Assembly (NCBI GenBank): GCA_045863855.1
Contig: BTVV01000065.1
Span: 1 to 33,007, forward strand
Direction of reading: 5' to 3'
Length of the DNA stretch: 33,007 bases
Source of the DNA: Planctomycetota bacterium
GTDB taxonomy: Bacteria > Planctomycetota > SZUA-567 > H5-PLA8
The notes under the pieces were generated by a model, which saw only the letters and a program-made list of their open reading frames with translations, was not told where the DNA came from and ran no database searches. Shown here one piece after another: positions 17,691 through 25,945 of the stretch. Each line of letters starts with the position of its first letter. Within the stretch, counting starts at the first letter, position 1. The position numbers were made by a program, and so were the translations under genes.

Positions 17691-17714
17691 CGTCTACTCC
17701 TGGGAATCGTGAAC

Positions 17715-18548
17715 TCAGGCGCCCACGAACGGGAAAAGAGCCTTCTGCTTCTCGGGCGTCAGGGGCGAACCGTATTCGCAGACCTCGAAAGCTTCCGCGT
17801 ACTTGAAGGCGCGGCCTTTTTCGGGGCCGTACAACTCGACCAGCTTGGAACGGTATTGCTCGGCGCACGCGGCATCGGCCTTGATGCGTTTCTCGCGCAT
17901 CCAGGCTCGTCGCTCGGCATCGCCCGCGGGGACCTCGTTTTCCTGATGCGCCGCGAACGGCAGCCACTCGTAGAACTGCGAGACGTGCGCGTGCAGCATA
18001 TCGACTTTCTTTTCCAGCACCGCGTCGATGCCCACCACCATGTCGGGCTGGAACGGAATCGGCTTCTTGAAGTTATCGGAAAGGTACGCGATCACCGGAT
18101 TGTAGCGCAGCGCCGGCACCGTCGGGACGTTATTGGGCACCTGCACCACGTACGCGCTGTCCTGTACGAGTTGCGACGTATAGCGGTGATCGGGATGGTA
18201 GTCGTTTGGGCGATGCGTCAGAATCAGGTCGGGCCGGTACTCGCGGATCAATTTGATAAATACCTTCCGGTAGAAGAGCGTGGGTTCCATCTCCCCGTTG
18301 GTCACGTCCATGATGCGGTATTCGATGCCTGCAATTTCGGCGGCGCGCTTGGCCTCGTCGAGGCGGCGGCGCACCAGTTCGATACCGCCGATCTCGTGGT
18401 GCCCGGTTCCTCCGTTGGTGGCGGAAACGAAGCAGACCGCATGCCCAGCCGCGGCCCATAAGACCGCGCTGCCGCCGGCCTTGATCTCGCAGTCGTCGGG
18501 ATGCGCTCCGATCACCAAAATGCGCTGCTTGCCCTTTGTGTCGGCCAT
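17715..18548 (-). CDS. PIG-L/LmbE-family N-acetylglucosaminyl deacetylase
   Basis: Zinc motifs GAHPDDCE and YHPDH, plus TNG, RPDLILTH, HVSQF, AEAFE; no signal peptide. Confidence 0.92.
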   Translation of the reverse strand: MADTKGKQRILVIGAHPDDCEIKAGGSAVLWAAAGHAVCFVSATNGGTGHHEIGGIELVRRRLDEAKRAAEIAGIEYRIMDVTNGEMEPTLFYRKVFIKLIREYRPDLILTHRPNDYHPDHRYTSQLVQDSAYVVQVPNNVPTVPALRYNPVIAYLSDNFKKPIPFQPDMVVGIDAVLEKKVDMLHAHVSQFYEWLPFAAHQENEVPAGDAERRAWMREKRIKADAACAEQYRSKLVELYGPEKGRAFKYAEAFEVCEYGSPLTPEKQKALFPFVGA

Positions 18549-18626
18549 GCCGATCCCCCTTTGATCGCTCGCGCGGAACTCGTATGCAAGGCGGCGCGAT
18601 TGTACCCAGCATTCACGCGGCGCAAG

Positions 18627-21600
18627 CTACGGCTTGCGGATGCTCACCGTAATCGCCAGCGCACCCTCGGTCACGTCGTAGTAGCCGTCCCGGTTCTGCT
18701 GAAAACGCAGCGTTCCCGTTTCGGGCATCACGAATTCCAAGGGCTGGTTTTTATCGGTGCACGCCCAAACGTGCCCCTTCTGTGCGATGGCATTAAAGAT
18801 GGCCGTGTTGGGCCGGTCCTCTTCGCATACGTACACGACCAGCATGGCGATGTTCCACTCGTTGTCCGGTCCTTGGAATGCGCGGAAATTCTTGAGCGTC
18901 GCCACGCCGTCGTCGCGCTTGCCGTCCGCGCCCACCCAGCGCCCCGTCGGCCCCGAAAACCAGCGTCCCTGGTATTCCAGTTTCACCCGCGTTCCTTTTT
19001 CGAGTTTCAGCAATCGATCCACCTGCCTGTACGCGGCTTTGTATTGATCCTTATCCAGATCGGTGTGCAGCGGAACGACCCGGCCCTGCTTATCGAGCGG
19101 TATGCCTTGCGCGGGCCGGTTGGAATAAACGCCGAACGAACCGAGCACTTCCAGTTCACCGGCCAGTACGGGCGCGGCCACCTGAACCGGCGGAGCCGGC
19201 GCGGGCGCTGCGCCCACGGCAGCCGGGGTGCGCACGATGGTGATCGTCAACTCACCGTCGTTATCGGCCAGACCCGCCATGGTGCCCGCTTCGTTGAAGC
19301 GAAAACTGAGCTTGCCGGCGGCCTTGGCCACAAAAGACCGCCCGGCTCCGATGTAGAAGGGTTCGCTTTCCGCGATGCGCGCGATCAGCGTCTCGGCGAA
19401 AAATTCGTGGCCTTCCTCATCCTTATTCACCAGCCGAAAGTTGGGCGTGCCCTTCTCACCCGGGCCTTTATCCGGAAACCACGCGCGCATCGGCGCATTG
19501 CCTGTCCATTTGCCGGCCGCGGAAACGGTAAGCCGGTCGCCCGCCGCCACCGTCACGCCCGAATCGCCCCAGTCGGTTTTGGCGCTGAGCTTGAAGACGG
19601 TCTCTTGCGGCTGGAGGGCCTTCCATTCGGCTTGGGCCCGCTTGATCGCGTCGGCAACCTTTTTATTTTCCGGGTCGAGGCGCTGGGCATCCTCCAACAG
19701 TTTCAAGGCTTCCGTCCATTTGTGCTCATTGAAGAGCGTTTCGGCCTGAGCAAGCAGCGCCGCCGCATGGGCTTTGGCACGGCCGGCTCGAGCCGTTTCC
19801 AAGCCAAGCTTTGTGTCCGGCGTCGCCTTTCCGATCAACTGCTCCGCCTCTAGGTAGGCCTGCTCCGCGGGTTCCCATTTCTGGGTTTCCAGCAGCTTGC
19901 GGGCGCGGCTCAGCGCGGCCTCGATAGCCGAAACACGGCTCGACTCGGCTTTGGCTTTCGCAAGCATTTGTTCGGCCAGCGCACGGCTAGGATCGGGCAG
20001 TTCGCCCAACTGTTCCATACCCAGTTCCAGCGTCTTTTGAATACCCGCCCAATCGTTGGCCATGGCCGGGGCCGTAGCCATGCGCAGTGCGTTCTGAAAC
20101 GCCTCGGTGCGTTTACGCCGATCTTCCGCTGAGAGGTTCTCTTGTTTGGCCTTCCAGGCCGTGTTCACCGCTTCCTGCCGCGTTTGCAGGTCTGGCTTCA
20201 TGGTATCGACCAGGTCGGGCAGCTTCTTCTCGGCATCGCCGCGCCCGATGAATACGGCATTCTCGAGCCGCTTGAGCGCCTCCTCGGGATTATTTAGCGC
20301 AAGCGCTGCGTCTGACGCTTTCAGTTCCGCCGTGAACTCGAAGGCCCGCTTCTCCAACACCTCGATGCGCGCATCGAGGGCCGCGAACTCGGGGAACCCG
20401 GCCGCGGTGAACGCGGATTGATACCGCTTCCGCTGCAAATGAGCGCCCATCCAATCGACCGGTCCGACGCCCCGCCGAAGGTCCGGCGCGTACCTCGGCG
20501 GCCGCGCCAGCGCGGCTTGAAGTTCTTCAATGAGCTGTTCGAGCCTTTCGATTTCGGTGGGCGGCGGCGCCATCGCGGCCTGCAACTCCAACAGGGACTG
20601 ACCCAAGGTCTCCCGCGCGCGCTGCAACGCCGCAACGTCCCCGGGCGGAGCGTCCCGCGCCGCCTGCAAAGCACGGTTCCAGTTGCGTTCGGCGTTCCAG
20701 CGAGCCTTAAGTTTGCGCCAGCGTTCGGACGCGGCGCCTCCGGCGGCTTCGACGCGAACCCCCAGCGCCGCGTTGCCCGGCGTTTCGAGATCCCATTCGT
20801 TCAGCTCGATCAAGCGTTCGGCCGCTTCCAGTTCTACGGCCAGTTCGGCTTGCTCCAGGCGCTGCGCGAGGACCGTGCTCGCGCCGTTCAGCCGGGCCGC
20901 CAGTCCGGAATCGCCGGCCTGCTCTCGCGCCGCGGCCTCCAGCTCATTTCGAAGATTCTGAAAGCGCTCGGCCGGTATATCCCTCACGGCGGCTTCGACG
21001 ATAAGCGCCTCGGCATGCGCACGCCGTTCGGCCAAACCATGGCGCGCCTCCCTTTCCTGCCGCTCGCGTTCGGCTTTCTCTTTCGCGTCGCGTTCCGCCT
21101 GGGCCAGCTTCTCGCGCTTGGCGCTCTCGGCCGGATCGAGATCCTCCATTTTGGCCGGCTGCAGCGGCGGATAACGGTTCTGGTACCACCATCCCGCTCC
21201 CCCGGCCAACGCCAGCAGGCCAAGCGCCGCTAGGGCAAGCCCCGCGCCGCCGCGCCGAACGGGAGCAGGCTGAACCTGGATCGCAGGCGCGGGTCCGGCG
21301 GACGGTGGCAGCGAGGTGGCCGGCACGGGGGTCGCGGTCGGCGGCAGCGTAGGCGGGAGCGGCGTCAAGGGCGGGATTTTAGGCGGGACCGGCACGGGTC
21401 CCGAGGCGCCGCCTTGCAGCGTGACCGACGGCAACGGCGTCGTGACGAGAGCCTGGCGGCATTCGGCCAGTTCCGCACGCAATGCATCGGCGTCGTCGTA
21501 ACGCGCTTGCGGCTCCTTGTTCAAGCATCGATCCAGCACTGCGGCGGTGGCTTCCGATACATCCGGGCGCAAGTTGCGCACCGGCGTGTGCGGAGACTGC

Positions 21601-22511
21601 ACCGTATCCATCATGACTTTGGTCAACGAAGTGCCGGCGAAGGGCGCCCGGCCGGTGAGCAGCGCGTAAAGCGTCGCGCCGATGCTAAAGACATCGGCGG
21701 GCTTGCCGGCATGCTTGGCGTCGATCGCCTGCTCAGGCGCCAAATACCCCGGCGTGCCCATCATCGCCTGCGAACCGGTCAGCGACTGGCTCAAGTCTTC
21801 GCTGCGCGCGAGCCCCAAATCGGCGATCTTGGAGCCCGCGAAGTCGTACACAGCACCCTGCGTCCGCGCACGCGGGATCAAGATGTTGTCGGGCTTCAGA
21901 TCGCGGTGAATGACCCCTTGTTTGTGCGCGGCGCTCAAGCCCAGGCACGCCGCTTCGAGTATTTCCAAGGCCACCGCTTCGTCCAAGCCGTTGCGTCCGC
22001 GATCGCGCTGCATCCGCAAGTACGACCCCGCCGAGACGCCGTTAACGAATTCCATGACCAGAAAAAAGAGCCCGTTCTCTTCGTTCACATCCAGCACGCG
22101 GACCAAGTGCGGCGACTGCACCTGCGCCGCGACCTGTGCTTCGCGGAAAAAGCGTTCGACCAGTTCGGGTTGGCGGTCGGCGAGATGGAACGGGAGCACC
22201 TTGACCGCGACTTCCAGCCGCAGGCGCGGATGAATCCCGAAGTAGACGGCGCCCATGCCGCCCTGGCCCAACTTGGCCAGCAAGGGGATGCCGGACAGCG
22301 AAGGAAAGGTCCGGGATTCGATCGCCAGGCGCGACGCGGCCAGCAGGAGTTTGTCCGCGTTCAGATCCTCGATCGGGACCGAGGGCCGCTTGAGCAGATC
22401 GGCGGTGCCGGCACGAACGCCCTGCGTCGTCGACGCGGAGGGCGGCGGCGAGAGGGGCGGCGTCCGCGGCGGCGGTGAGCCTCCCTGGAATGGATCGGAC
22501 CCTTCGGACAC
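18627..22511 (-). CDS. Hanks-type Ser/Thr kinase with Pro-rich linker, TM, helical/TPR-like region and two C-terminal PA-IL (LecA)-like beta-sandwich domains
   Basis: LGQGGMGAVY, VAVK, HRDLKPDN, KIADLGLA, GTPGYLAPE, DVFSIG; TM GLALAALGLLALAGGAGWWY; TPR-like WTEALKLLEDAQRLDPEN; WGDSGVTVAAGDRLTVSAAGKW..DNDGELTITI. The kinase call is secure; the lectin-like domains are inferred. Confidence 0.88.
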   Translation of the reverse strand: MSEGSDPFQGGSPPPRTPPLSPPPSASTTQGVRAGTADLLKRPSVPIEDLNADKLLLAASRLAIESRTFPSLSGIPLLAKLGQGGMGAVYFGIHPRLRLEVAVKVLPFHLADRQPELVERFFREAQVAAQVQSPHLVRVLDVNEENGLFFLVMEFVNGVSAGSYLRMQRDRGRNGLDEAVALEILEAACLGLSAAHKQGVIHRDLKPDNILIPRARTQGAVYDFAGSKIADLGLARSEDLSQSLTGSQAMMGTPGYLAPEQAIDAKHAGKPADVFSIGATLYALLTGRAPFAGTSLTKVMMDTVQSPHTPVRNLRPDVSEATAAVLDRCLNKEPQARYDDADALRAELAECRQALVTTPLPSVTLQGGASGPVPVPPKIPPLTPLPPTLPPTATPVPATSLPPSAGPAPAIQVQPAPVRRGGAGLALAALGLLALAGGAGWWYQNRYPPLQPAKMEDLDPAESAKREKLAQAERDAKEKAERERQEREARHGLAERRAHAEALIVEAAVRDIPAERFQNLRNELEAAAREQAGDSGLAARLNGASTVLAQRLEQAELAVELEAAERLIELNEWDLETPGNAALGVRVEAAGGAASERWRKLKARWNAERNWNRALQAARDAPPGDVAALQRARETLGQSLLELQAAMAPPPTEIERLEQLIEELQAALARPPRYAPDLRRGVGPVDWMGAHLQRKRYQSAFTAAGFPEFAALDARIEVLEKRAFEFTAELKASDAALALNNPEEALKRLENAVFIGRGDAEKKLPDLVDTMKPDLQTRQEAVNTAWKAKQENLSAEDRRKRTEAFQNALRMATAPAMANDWAGIQKTLELGMEQLGELPDPSRALAEQMLAKAKAESSRVSAIEAALSRARKLLETQKWEPAEQAYLEAEQLIGKATPDTKLGLETARAGRAKAHAAALLAQAETLFNEHKWTEALKLLEDAQRLDPENKKVADAIKRAQAEWKALQPQETVFKLSAKTDWGDSGVTVAAGDRLTVSAAGKWTGNAPMRAWFPDKGPGEKGTPNFRLVNKDEEGHEFFAETLIARIAESEPFYIGAGRSFVAKAAGKLSFRFNEAGTMAGLADNDGELTITIVRTPAAVGAAPAPAPPVQVAAPVLAGELEVLGSFGVYSNRPAQGIPLDKQGRVVPLHTDLDKDQYKAAYRQVDRLLKLEKGTRVKLEYQGRWFSGPTGRWVGADGKRDDGVATLKNFRAFQGPDNEWNIAMLVVYVCEEDRPNTAIFNAIAQKGHVWACTDKNQPLEFVMPETGTLRFQQNRDGYYDVTEGALAITVSIRKP

Positions 22512-22653
22512 GCGGCTATCCTAAACCCGCGGGCCCCAATACGGAAGCCGCAACGGGCGCGGCCCGAATCCCGATTGGCGCTCGACGAAAGCGAGCTTAG
22601 ACTGGTGCACTTTCACGATTCCCGATGCGGCCATCCGGCGAAGGTTCAAAGCA

Positions 22654-24147
22654 GTGGCCCTCACTAGCGCTCCGATTTCGCATTCCCGATCTTCGTCCTG
22701 GCGCGCGGTCGCGCTCTGGATATTGCTCGCCGTCGGCGTTGTCGGTTACGGCGTGCGCTGCGTGCGGCACGGACGCTGGGAACCGCCCAAGCCCGGCGCG
22801 ACCGCGAAGGAAGAACGCCACCGCGACCGCGGTACGGACTTCACCGCGTACTATTCCGCGGGCGAATTGGCCCGCAAAGGCGAGAACATCTACGACTGGC
22901 GCGCATCCTCGACGCCGCGCCGCCCGTTTATCTACCCTCCGCTCTTCGCGGTCTTCCCCATGGCGCCGCTCTCGCTGCTGCCGCACAACGCGGCCTTGGG
23001 CGTCTACTATGCGATTAACGTTGCGCTCCTGCTGGGCTTGTTGTGGCTGCTGCGGAAGTTGCTCTGGCCGGCCGAAATCGAAGCGAAATCATTTTGGCGG
23101 CAGCCGGCGGTGGGACTGCTGCTCGCGGTGCTGATCTGTGGGCGCTTTCTGGACAGCAACTTCGTGCTTGGGCAAGCCAACCTGTACGTAGCCTTCCTGG
23201 CGACCTTGGGTCTCTATCTGATGGCGCACGGAAAGACGGCAGGCAGCGGATGGGCGATCGCCCTTGCCACAACCTTTAAGGTCACCCCGGGACTCTTTGG
23301 GCTTTACTTTCTTTGGGCTCGGCGCGGCTGGGCGATGCTGGGTGGCGCGCTGGGCTTGGCGGTATTCCTGCTCGTGCTTCCCGGTTTCTGGCTGGGCTTC
23401 GAACGCAACTTGGAGCTTCTGGACGCATACTTGGGACATGTAACGAAGCGCGCGGCCGCCACGGAACATGCGGAGTCGGAATCGAACGGCGGCGAAGGCG
23501 ATGACGAAGATGCGATCGAGATCGGCTGGGGTGGAAATATCGAAGCCGCTCGCGCCGGACCCAAACGCGGCGTCGGGATCGCGCTGCGCGGGACCCTGCT
23601 TAAGCTGCTCACCGAACCGCCGCCGCCTCCGGCTTCGCACGCGCGCAAGGATAAAGAACGCCCGGCGGTGAACATCGCGGCGCTGGATCCCGCATGGGTG
23701 GTAAAGCTCGCGGCCGTACTGGCGCTGTTGGTGCTCGGGGCGGTCGTGGCGCTTACGGCGCCGAAATGGGCGCGCGCCGGACCCGAAATGCTGGCGCTTT
23801 CGTGGGGCCTGGTGGCCGCGGCAATGCTGCTGATTTCACCGCTGACGCGCAAGGCTCATGCGGTGGTCCTGCTAATCCCGGCCGTGGCGCTAATCGCCCT
23901 GTTGCAACGCGGCCTCTTGCAAGGCGCGGCGCGCAAGGCAGCTTGGGCGGCCTTGGTCTTTTTGGGTAGCGCCGGGCTGCTCTCTTCGCCTGAAATCGCG
24001 GGCGACACGTGGAGCGAGGTGCTGCATTCGGCGGGCTTGTTTACCTGGGCGACCTTGGGGCTGTTCGCGGCGGTCGCATGGGCGTTGTGGTCGCGGCGTG
24101 CGGCGGCGATTGAAGCGGGGCAAAGCGGCGCGCGGACGGTAGAATAG
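22654..24147 (+). CDS. Glycosyltransferase family 87 (DUF2029, GT-C fold) membrane protein
   Basis: TDFTAYYSAG, PFIYPPLFA, LGQAN, FKVTPGLF, LLISP; many TM segments; GTG start uncertain. Confidence 0.85.
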   Translation: MALTSAPISHSRSSSWRAVALWILLAVGVVGYGVRCVRHGRWEPPKPGATAKEERHRDRGTDFTAYYSAGELARKGENIYDWRASSTPRRPFIYPPLFAVFPMAPLSLLPHNAALGVYYAINVALLLGLLWLLRKLLWPAEIEAKSFWRQPAVGLLLAVLICGRFLDSNFVLGQANLYVAFLATLGLYLMAHGKTAGSGWAIALATTFKVTPGLFGLYFLWARRGWAMLGGALGLAVFLLVLPGFWLGFERNLELLDAYLGHVTKRAAATEHAESESNGGEGDDEDAIEIGWGGNIEAARAGPKRGVGIALRGTLLKLLTEPPPPPASHARKDKERPAVNIAALDPAWVVKLAAVLALLVLGAVVALTAPKWARAGPEMLALSWGLVAAAMLLISPLTRKAHAVVLLIPAVALIALLQRGLLQGAARKAAWAALVFLGSAGLLSSPEIAGDTWSEVLHSAGLFTWATLGLFAAVAWALWSRRAAAIEAGQSGARTVE

Positions 24148-24183
24148 CTATTACCGTGGAGTTCAGGACGCAGGGACGATTTC

Positions 24184-25137
24184 ATGCCGGCAGAGTTGTT
24201 GTTGGGCGGGCCCTTGGCGCAGACGCTACGCGAGGAGATCTCGCGAACGTGCGCCGATTTGGCGCGGCAGGGCCGGCAGGTCTGCCTGGCCACGGTACTC
24301 GTCGGCGCGAAGCCCGAGTCGGTCATGTACGCCCGCAGCCAGGAACAGGCTTGTAAAGAAGTAGGCATGGAGTTCAAGCTTTGCACGCTGCCCGAAGCGA
24401 TCACACAGGCCGCACTGGTCAACGAAATCCAGGCCCTGAACGCCGACCCTACCGTGAACGGGATCATCCTCCAGCTACCGCTGCCTGCGCGCATCGACGC
24501 GCAAGCCGTGCAGCGGGCCATCGATCCGCGCAAGGATGCCGAAGGCGTGCATCCCGTCAACCTGGGGTTGCTGGTGTACGGCGTAACCCAATGCGCGCCC
24601 TGCACCGCCATCGCCAGCTATCACTTGCTGAAATCGCTCAACCTCGATCTGTACGGCAAAGAAGCCGTGGTCGTCGGCCACAGCCAGATCGTGGGCAAGC
24701 CCATGGGGCTGCTGCTGCTGCACGACTTCTGCACGGTAACGACCTGCCACGTGGCGACGCGGGATCTGGCCGCGCACACGCGGCGTGCGGACATCCTGGT
24801 GGTCGCCGTTGGCAAAGCGCGCTTGGTCAAGGCCGAGATGGTCAAGCCCGGCGCGATCGTGATCGACGTGGGCGTCAACCGCGTGCCCGTGCTCAAGCGC
24901 AATGGCAAGCCGGCTCTTGATGCCGTAGGCCAGCCGCGAAGCAAGACCGTGGGCGATGTCGACTACGCGCCGATCCGCGAGATCGCTTCGTGGATCACGC
25001 CCGTACCCGGCGGCGTTGGACCGCTGACGACCACCATGCTGCTGCGCAATGTCGCGCAGGCCGCCCGCATTCGGTTGCAGGAAGACCGCCGCGAACACCC
25101 CGAGCCGCCGACAGCTTGGCTGCCATTCGAACGTTGA
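24184..25137 (+). CDS. folD: Methylenetetrahydrofolate dehydrogenase/cyclohydrolase family protein (atypical)
   Basis: GIILQLPLP, PRKDAEGVHPVN, PCT, IVGKP, VIDVGVN, GDVD, ITPVPGGVGP. Confidence 0.92.
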   Translation: MPAELLLGGPLAQTLREEISRTCADLARQGRQVCLATVLVGAKPESVMYARSQEQACKEVGMEFKLCTLPEAITQAALVNEIQALNADPTVNGIILQLPLPARIDAQAVQRAIDPRKDAEGVHPVNLGLLVYGVTQCAPCTAIASYHLLKSLNLDLYGKEAVVVGHSQIVGKPMGLLLLHDFCTVTTCHVATRDLAAHTRRADILVVAVGKARLVKAEMVKPGAIVIDVGVNRVPVLKRNGKPALDAVGQPRSKTVGDVDYAPIREIASWITPVPGGVGPLTTTMLLRNVAQAARIRLQEDRREHPEPPTAWLPFER

Positions 25138-25172
25138 AAGAACCCCTCGCACGCTTTAACTCGCGCGTTTGC

Positions 25173-25610
25173 TTAGGGATCTGGCGCTTCTGCGGGTAAG
25201 CCGGGAATATAAGATGGATCGTTCTTAAAGCGTTCGCGGCCGTGCATCCAGACGCGAGCGATCCGGCCTCCAGGCATAAACTCGAAGCGGACTTCCCGCT
25301 CTTGCCCGTCCTTGCCCCAGACGCGATACAACGCGAATTGGTCGGGATCGTACGTTCCGGTGGGCTGGCGCTCCCAGCGTGGCCCCCAAGCAACGTTATT
25401 GACGGAGCCTTCCCGCCGCGCGACTTCCTCCATGTTTGTCCAACTCAATAGGTCCACGGCGCGGCGGTAATCGGCTCGGTGCATGGCGTCGAGTAACTCT
25501 TCGGCGGCGTGGCGGGCTTGAGCGGGACCGCTTGCGAAAAACAGGAATCCTGCGGCTGCGGCACAGACTGCCAAAGCAGCGAGAAGTATCCAACGCGATC
25601 GAGAATTCAT
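25173..25610 (-). CDS. Small hypothetical protein with N-terminal membrane anchor or signal peptide
   Basis: MNSRSRWILLAALAVCAAAAGFLFF then a helix-strand pattern; fills the gap between folD and the pil locus. Confidence 0.65.
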   Translation of the reverse strand: MNSRSRWILLAALAVCAAAAGFLFFASGPAQARHAAEELLDAMHRADYRRAVDLLSWTNMEEVARREGSVNNVAWGPRWERQPTGTYDPDQFALYRVWGKDGQEREVRFEFMPGGRIARVWMHGRERFKNDPSYIPGLPAEAPDP

Positions 25611-25731
25611 GCGCCGGGTATTTCCTTCGAAGCTTAGCCAACACCTAAAATTGAAAAGGTGGCCGGCTGGACGCCACGTTAGGGCGAAACTGTCGCGACG
25701 ATTTTACACCAGACGATCAATCGATCTTGCC

Positions 25732-25757
25732 TAAGATCTACAAGGCCGTGGATCTTA
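25732..25757. promoter_or_regulatory. Near-perfect palindrome in the divergent region upstream of pilM
   Basis: TAAGATCTAC-AAGGCC-GTGGATCTTA, 9/10 arm complementarity, each arm containing GATC. Confidence 0.45.
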
Positions 25758-25945
25758 ACATGGCCTCGAAGCCGCCGACGGCCAGTCTGGCGTCCAAGGG
25801 TTGAAGCGTTCCCGCGCGAGATCCGGCCCGGTTCGTTCGGCCATCCCCTTCTCTGAAAGCCAGTTGCACCGGCTTCCATAATGGTGCATTAAAGACCCCA
25901 CGGAGACCGTCTCCTTACTTATAACCAGGATGCTGCTCAACGCGC

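Noticed and set aside
21800..21840. DLG instead of DFG as a sign of a pseudokinase
   Set aside because: The metal-binding Asp, VAVK lysine, HRDLKPDN and APE are all intact; DLG is a tolerated variant.
25683..25870. c-di-GMP-I/cGAMP (GEMM) riboswitch upstream of pilM
   Set aside because: Fragments resemble it (AAAC..GCGA, AAGGCCGTGGATCT, AGCCAGTTGC), but the GNRA-capped P2 stem does not pair and the spacing is wrong. An Infernal search would be needed to overturn this.
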